A DNA stretch of 64,000 nucleotides. Source: Longimicrobiales bacterium. GTDB taxonomy: Bacteria; Gemmatimonadota; Gemmatimonadetes; Longimicrobiales; Gaopeijiaceae. Positions 58,467 to 64,000 of this stretch are shown here, piece by piece. The position numbers and the translations under genes are program-made. The DNA lies in contig OY730414.1 in the NCBI GenBank assembly GCA_963422615.1, positions 2,216,302 through 2,280,301 on the forward strand. Reading direction: 5' to 3'. A model generated the notes under the pieces. It saw only the letters and a program-made list of their open reading frames with translations, did not search any database and was not told the DNA's origin. Position 1 is the stretch's first letter. Every line of letters begins with the position of its first letter.

Positions 58467-59498
58467 TCAGTATCCGGCTTCCTTGTCCACGATGTTCCTC
58501 AAGCCCTCCCCCCGAACGAACCGCCCGATGTTGTCGGCGATCAGCTCCGTTTCCCGCTCCCAGAACCGGCGGGTAGTTGCGGAGACGTGGGGCGTCATGA
58601 GGACCTTGGGGTGGCGGTACAAGGGGTGGTCGGCGGGAAGGGGCTCCGTGTGGAAGACGTCCAGTCCGGCCCCTCGCAGGGGCCCCGAGTCCAGGGCGGC
58701 CAGCAGCCCCTCCTCGTCCAGGATTCCGCCCCGGGCCACGTTGACCAGGACCGCCCCGGGCTTCATGGCAAAGAGGCGCCGCCGGGTGATCATGCCCCGG
58801 GTCTCCCGAGTGTCGGGGGCCGCCAGAATCACGTAGTCCGACTCCTTCAAGATCCGGTCCAGCCCCTGAGAACCCCCCAGGGTTTCGACACCCCCTTCGG
58901 GCGCCGGCGCCGCGCCGGTTCGCCGCAATCCCAGGACCCGGCCTCCCAGACAGCCAACCCTCCGGGCGACTTCCCGGCCGATGCCCCCGAAGCCGATGAT
59001 CCCCGTGGTGGTGCCGCTCACTTCCGTAACGGGAGCGTCCGCCGCCCAGAAGGCCGACGCGGCCCAGCGGGCCTCCCGCTGGGCGTGAACCGCCACGTCA
59101 AGCCCCCGGGCGAAGTACAGGATCATGGCGAGCACCGTCTCGGCGATGGGCGGACCGTGAACGCCGGCCGAATTCGTGAACCGAATGTTCCGGGTGAGCA
59201 GGGCGGGGCCCAGGGAGGAGCCCACACCCGCCGCCGCCGAGTGTACCCACTCCAGCTGGGGCGCGGCCTCCAGGACCTCGGCCGGCACCCCGTACCCCAT
59301 GTAGACCCGGGCGTCGGAGACGGCCTCAAGAAGTTGCGGCGGCGCCCGCAGAACCCCGTCGCCGGAGCCGTCGGCCGGGGTTTCCATGAAGGTCACGGAC
59401 CACGTGAGCGGAACGGCGGCGCGGATCCTCTCCCGGGCCCAGCCGGGAAGCGCCCAAATCGGTCGCTGGTCCTGCAGGTCGGCCACAAGGGTTGCCAT
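58467..59498 (-). CDS. D-2-hydroxyacid dehydrogenase family protein
   Basis: GFGGIG, NVARGG, GLDVF..EPL, TPHVS. Confidence 0.92.
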   Translation of the reverse strand: MATLVADLQDQRPIWALPGWARERIRAAVPLTWSVTFMETPADGSGDGVLRAPPQLLEAVSDARVYMGYGVPAEVLEAAPQLEWVHSAAAGVGSSLGPALLTRNIRFTNSAGVHGPPIAETVLAMILYFARGLDVAVHAQREARWAASAFWAADAPVTEVSGTTTGIIGFGGIGREVARRVGCLGGRVLGLRRTGAAPAPEGGVETLGGSQGLDRILKESDYVILAAPDTRETRGMITRRRLFAMKPGAVLVNVARGGILDEEGLLAALDSGPLRGAGLDVFHTEPLPADHPLYRHPKVLMTPHVSATTRRFWERETELIADNIGRFVRGEGLRNIVDKEAGY

Positions 59499-59640
59499 CA
59501 GACCCAGGCCGGCGGGGGTGCCGACCTCCTGGTCCCGGCATCCATTCCGGGGGTCGGCGGGGCCAGCGTCCGGTTAGAAGTCGGCCACCCCGACCGGGAA
59601 AAAGGCGATGCTCTCCGGCCCCTCCGGCCGCGGGGGAAGG

Positions 59641-60975
59641 TCAAGGTTTCAGGCGGTTGATCAGGCGGGGAAACGGAACCAGCTCCCGGATATGCCTTCG
59701 CCCCGCGATCCACGCCACCGTGCGTTCGATCCCCAGGCCGAAGCCCGAGTGGGGGAAGGTGCCGAATCTGCGGAGATCCAGGTACCAGTCGTACGCGTTC
59801 TCGGGGAGCCCTTCCTCTTGAATCCGGGCCCGCAGGCGGTCGTGGTCGTCCTCCCGCTGGCTGCCTCCGATGATCTCCCCGTAGCCCTCCGGCACCAGGA
59901 GGTCGTTGCAGAGAACGGTCCGGGGGTCTTCCGAGTTCTCCTTCATGTAGAACGCCTTGGCCTGCTTCGGGTAGTTGTACACGAAGACCGGCTTGTCGAA
60001 CCAGCCCGAAATCACCGTCTCTTCGACGGCACCCAGGTCCCTTCCCCACTTGAGCCCGTGCCCTTCGGCGTTCAGACGCCGGACCGCTTCGCAATAGCTG
60101 ATCCTGGGGAAAGGAGGGACCACCGCTTCCAGTCGGCTCCTTTCTCGTCCCAGGGTATCCAGTTCGGCCCCGCAACGGTCCAGGACGTGCTGGACAATGG
60201 AGCCCACAAGCGCCTCCTGCAGCGCCATGTTGTCGTCCGAGTCCGCAAAAGCCACCTCCGGCTCCACCATCCAGAACTCGGTAAGGTGCCGCCGGGTCTT
60301 GGACTTTTCGGCCCGGAAGGTCGGACCGAAACAGTAGACCTTCCGGAATGCAGGACATGCACACTCCACGTACAGCTGGCCGGTCTGGGCCAGGAACGCC
60401 TTGTCCCCGAAGTAGTCCGTCTCAAAGAGGGTCCCGGCCGATTCCCCGATGGCGCCCGTCAGAATGGGCGTATCGACGCGAACGAAGTCCTGCTGGTACA
60501 GAAAGTCGTGGATCGCGTGCTCGACTTCGGCCCGAACCTTGAGCCCCGCCCGCTGAAGGCTGGACCTAAGCCAAAGGTGGCGGTGGTCCAGGAGGAACTC
60601 GACGCCGTGCTCTTTGGGTTGTAACGGGTACGCTTCGCTAGGGCCGATGAGCTCAACACCTTTGACACCCAGCTCGCACCCACCCGGAGATCGGGGGTCG
60701 GCGCGAACGACCCCGTGAAGCGCAATACAACTCTCTTGCGCCAGGGACGTGACAAGCTCCCATACGCTCCCCGGCACCTCGGATCTGGCGACCACGCCCT
60801 GGACCACACCGGTACCGTCGCGCAAGACCACGAAGGCAACCGTCTTGTGAACCCGGAGGGCGTCGACCCACCCGGACACCGAAATCGACTCACCTACATG
60901 GCGCTGCAGGTTCCTTACTTGGCGGATCACAGAGAAAGTATCGGCGTATCGCCCGATCTTCGTCAAGCGGTTCAC
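59641..60975 (-). CDS. asnS: Asparagine--tRNA ligase
   Basis: RHLWLRS, GPTFRAEKSKTRRHLTEFWM, KAFYM, EIIGGSQRE, PHSGFGLG; exact start uncertain. Confidence 0.95.
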   Translation of the reverse strand: MNRLTKIGRYADTFSVIRQVRNLQRHVGESISVSGWVDALRVHKTVAFVVLRDGTGVVQGVVARSEVPGSVWELVTSLAQESCIALHGVVRADPRSPGGCELGVKGVELIGPSEAYPLQPKEHGVEFLLDHRHLWLRSSLQRAGLKVRAEVEHAIHDFLYQQDFVRVDTPILTGAIGESAGTLFETDYFGDKAFLAQTGQLYVECACPAFRKVYCFGPTFRAEKSKTRRHLTEFWMVEPEVAFADSDDNMALQEALVGSIVQHVLDRCGAELDTLGRERSRLEAVVPPFPRISYCEAVRRLNAEGHGLKWGRDLGAVEETVISGWFDKPVFVYNYPKQAKAFYMKENSEDPRTVLCNDLLVPEGYGEIIGGSQREDDHDRLRARIQEEGLPENAYDWYLDLRRFGTFPHSGFGLGIERTVAWIAGRRHIRELVPFPRLINRLKP

Positions 60976-61052
60976 CCGGCGCCGGGCCCGGCTTCCACGA
61001 CATCCGGGGCAACTCCTACGATCCCCGGGCGATCCCTGGGGACCGCCCCCCT

Positions 61053-63185
61053 TCACCCGATCCCGAAGAGCTTGGCCCGCTCCCGGTAACGGCGGTCCAG
61101 GAGGACGCGCAGAAGGACATTGCGGTCCAGGGCCAGATCCGGGTCTTCGTCCACCAGCCTCCGGGCCCGCATCTGCGCGGGCTGGATGAGGTCCTTGTGC
61201 TTGAAGAAGTCGACAAACCGAAACCCGGCCCCGTGTCCATGCTGCACGGCGCCGAAAAGGTCCCCCTGGCCCCGCAATCGCAGGTCTTCGGTCGCGATCC
61301 GGAAGCCATCCGTCGTGCGGGCAAAGACTTCCAGGCGGTCGCCCGCCCCCGCGGTGGGGTCGGAGATGAGGACGCAGAGCCCCCCCTCGTCCCCTCGGCC
61401 GATCCGGCCCCGGAGCTGATGCAGCTGGGAGAGGCCGAAGCGTTCCGCATTCTCCACCACCATGACCGTGGCGTTGGGCACGTCAATTCCCACCTCGATG
61501 ACGGTCGTCGCAACCAGAACATCGATCTCGCCCGCCAGGAACCCGCGCATGATTCGGTCCTTCCCATCGGCGGGGACCCGGCCGTGGAGAAGCGCCAGGG
61601 TGCGACCGGCAAAGACACCCTCTTTCTCCAGGCGGGCGAACTCGGTCTCCGCTGCCAGAAGGTCGACCTTCTCCGATTCCTCGACCAGGGGGTAGACCAG
61701 GTACGCTTGCCGTCCCCGGCTCAGCCTTCGGCCCACTTCCCGGAACACGTCCTCCCGTTCTTCCGGGGCGGCCAGCCGGGTGACCACGGGGCGCCGGCCT
61801 GGCGGGAGCTCGTCGATGATGCTCAGATCCAAATCGCCGTGGATGGCCATGGCAAGGGAACGAGGAATGGGCGTTGCCGACATGACCAACACGTCGGGTC
61901 GGGGCTCCCGCTCGGAGAGAACCATGCGCTGGCGGACGCCGAAGCGGTGCTGCTCGTCCACCACCACCAGCCCCAGGGAATCGAAGGCCACGCCTTCCTG
62001 GATCAGGGCGTGGGTTCCCACGACAAGCCGGGCCTCCCCGGACGCCAACCTGGCCCGGGCCTCTTCGCGGCGTCGGCCGACGGCCGCGCCCACCAGGAGC
62101 TCCAAGCTGACCGGAAGATCCTCCAGAAACTCCCGGATGCGGCGGGCGTGCTGCTCCGCCAGAATTCCGGTCGGGGCCATTAGGGCCGCCTGGTATCCCC
62201 CCTCCAGAGCCAGGAGCATGGCAAAGAGGGCCACCAGGGTCTTCCCCGAGCCCACATCCCCCTGAAGCATGCGATTCATCCGTCCGTCCGCCGTCATGTC
62301 CCCGAAGATCTCTTTGAGAACCCGGGCCTGGGCCCCGGTAAGCACAAAGGGAAGGCTTTCGTGAAGGGGCCTGATGAGGGCGTTGGTTCGAACAAAAGCG
62401 ATGCCTCGGCGCGCTCGAGTCGCCCGGTGCCGGACCCGGGCCTGAAGAAGCTGAAGGAAGAACAGCTCGTCAAAGGCGAGGCGGCGGCGCGCATCTTCGA
62501 CCCGGGCCAGGGAAGATGGGTGGTGAAGCGTACCCAGGGCGTCGGCCAGGTTCATGAGGCCCCGGCGACGGCGGGCGTCCCCGGTCAGGTATTCCTCTTC
62601 CCCGACCTGCTTCAGGAGCCACGCCAGGTTGCGCTTCATGACTTGGCGGAACAACCACTGGGGAAGCGCCTCGGAGGCCGGGTAGATGACGAAAATCGCC
62701 CCTCTCCGGCTCCCCTCCCCCCCACTTCCTTCCCCGACGTCCACAGGTCCCCTGGAAAGGAGGGTGTATTCACGGGGCTGGATCTGACGCCCGTGGAAGA
62801 ACCGGACCCTGCCGGTCACCAGGATCCGGTCGCCGATCCGCAGATTGCGGCCGACCCAGGGCTGCCCGGGCCATGCGCAGGTGATGGTCCCCGTTTCGTC
62901 CCGGATCACGGCCTGGAAGATGCGCAACCCCGTGCGGGTCGGCACGATGCCGGTGTTCCGCACCTCCCCGGTGGCCGTGACCTCCCGGCCCACCTCTACC
63001 TTCGCCAGCGGGGTGATCGTGGAGGCGTCGTCGTAGCGCCGGGGCACATGGTAGAGAAGATCCCGGGCGGTGAGGATTCCCATGTCGCGGAAAAATTCGG
63101 CTCGCCGGGGCCCGACCCCCTTCAGGAACTGGACGGGCTTGTCCAGCCGGGACAGGGGTCCGGGGGGCGGCTCACCGGGAGTCAA
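61053..63185 (-). CDS. recG: ATP-dependent DNA helicase RecG
   Basis: LKGVGP, QGDVGSGKT, DEQHRFGV, SATPIPR, QLHQLRGRIGRG, DLRLRGQG. Confidence 0.97.
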   Translation of the reverse strand: MTPGEPPPGPLSRLDKPVQFLKGVGPRRAEFFRDMGILTARDLLYHVPRRYDDASTITPLAKVEVGREVTATGEVRNTGIVPTRTGLRIFQAVIRDETGTITCAWPGQPWVGRNLRIGDRILVTGRVRFFHGRQIQPREYTLLSRGPVDVGEGSGGEGSRRGAIFVIYPASEALPQWLFRQVMKRNLAWLLKQVGEEEYLTGDARRRRGLMNLADALGTLHHPSSLARVEDARRRLAFDELFFLQLLQARVRHRATRARRGIAFVRTNALIRPLHESLPFVLTGAQARVLKEIFGDMTADGRMNRMLQGDVGSGKTLVALFAMLLALEGGYQAALMAPTGILAEQHARRIREFLEDLPVSLELLVGAAVGRRREEARARLASGEARLVVGTHALIQEGVAFDSLGLVVVDEQHRFGVRQRMVLSEREPRPDVLVMSATPIPRSLAMAIHGDLDLSIIDELPPGRRPVVTRLAAPEEREDVFREVGRRLSRGRQAYLVYPLVEESEKVDLLAAETEFARLEKEGVFAGRTLALLHGRVPADGKDRIMRGFLAGEIDVLVATTVIEVGIDVPNATVMVVENAERFGLSQLHQLRGRIGRGDEGGLCVLISDPTAGAGDRLEVFARTTDGFRIATEDLRLRGQGDLFGAVQHGHGAGFRFVDFFKHKDLIQPAQMRARRLVDEDPDLALDRNVLLRVLLDRRYRERAKLFGIG

Positions 63186-64000
63186 GGGGACGCCAGCAGC
63201 CCCCGGACGAAGTCATCCGGATCGAACAGCTCCAGGTCTTCTGGCGCCTCCCCCACCCCGACGAGCTTCACGGGGATGCCCAGTTCTTCCCGGAGGGCAA
63301 CCACGATTCCCCCCCGGGCCGTGGAGTCCATCTTTGCGAGAACAATCCCCGTCACCGTCACCGACTTGCAAAACTCCCGCGCCTGGACGATCCCGTTCTG
63401 CCCGACCGTGGCGTCCAGGACCAGAAGGGTCTCATGCGGCGCCCCTTCGTTCTTCCTGCGGATCACCCGGTCCACCTTGGTCAGCTCGTTCATGAGGCCG
63501 CCATGGGTGTGCAGGCGTCCCGCGGTATCGACCAGCACGACGTCGGTGCCCCGGGCCTGGGCGGCCGCCAGGGCATCGAAGGCGACCGCCGCCGGGTCAC
63601 CCCCGCTCTGGCCGCCGACAAAGGCTGCTCCGGCGCGTTCCGCCCACTGGGCAAGCTGTTCGGCCGCGCCGGCCCGGTAGGTGTCGGCGGCGGCAACCAT
63701 CACGCGCCGGCCTCGGGAGACGAAGCGGTGGGCGATCTTTCCGACGGTGGTGGTCTTTCCGGTACCGTTGACCCCGACGACCAGGTAGACCGTGGGCGGG
63801 CGGGCCGTCGATTCCACCAGCCCCTGCCCGGCGTCTTCCGCAAAAACATCGCGGATGGACTGGGCGAGGACGCGGCGCAGGCCGGCTTCGTCGTACGACC
63901 CGTCTCGGCCGGCCGCCCTTCGGACCGCGGACACGAAGCGCGCGCTGGCGTGGACCCCGAAATCGGCCATGATGAGATGATCTTCGAGGGCTTCCAGCGC
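63182..64000 (-). CDS. ftsY: SRP receptor FtsY (5' end outside window)
   Basis: GVNGTGKTTT, AADTYRAGA, DTAGRLH, DATVGQN, KMDSTARGG. Confidence 0.95.
   Translation of the reverse strand, partial: ALEALEDHLIMADFGVHASARFVSAVRRAAGRDGSYDEAGLRRVLAQSIRDVFAEDAGQGLVESTARPPTVYLVVGVNGTGKTTTVGKIAHRFVSRGRRVMVAAADTYRAGAAEQLAQWAERAGAAFVGGQSGGDPAAVAFDALAAAQARGTDVVLVDTAGRLHTHGGLMNELTKVDRVIRRKNEGAPHETLLVLDATVGQNGIVQAREFCKSVTVTGIVLAKMDSTARGGIVVALREELGIPVKLVGVGEAPEDLELFDPDDFVRGLLASP

Noticed and set aside
857..63680. Many long overlapping ORFs in the track (e.g. 857..2677 +, 4864..6795 -, 17964..20633 +, 19579..22272 +, 22694..24916 +, 39272..41752 -)
   Set aside because: Antisense or off-frame shadows of well-supported genes, typical of high-GC DNA; no recognisable motifs

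Overview
High-GC bacterial chromosome segment that is mostly conserved housekeeping DNA. Gene content and order suggest a Gemmatimonadota-like diderm (inference, not tested). Left to right: a phosphate-uptake unit (porin-pstS-phoU, running off the left edge) preceded by nfeD-flotillin; a PQQ dehydrogenase; a cobalamin riboswitch with a BtuB-like TonB receptor; a tightly packed five-gene operon (oxalate-CoA-ligase-like enzyme, PanE2/oxalyl-CoA-reductase-like enzyme, KorC-like flavo-FeS protein, 2-oxoacid oxidoreductase alpha and beta); aspS-phoH-7TM/HD-ybeY-mgtE-meaB-methylmalonyl-CoA mutase; rlmN; lepB; lexA; a frameshifted trpD relic; truA-htrA-purBC-psd-pssA-purSQLF; a 1275-aa repeat lipoprotein with a sigma54 promoter and an IHF-like site; and ftsY-recG-asnS-dehydrogenase-alr-cdd-lipoprotein-OMP-mtaB-miaB-lapA-comEC-fbp. 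I saw no CRISPR array, tRNA, rRNA, transposase, integrase or phage gene. Best leads: the putative oxalate-activation operon coupled to KorCAB, the sigma54/IHF-controlled giant surface lipoprotein, a candidate direct-repeat LexA operator, a riboswitch-gated start codon that is out of frame with btuB, and the trpD relic. All functional calls come from motif recognition by eye; no database searches were run.
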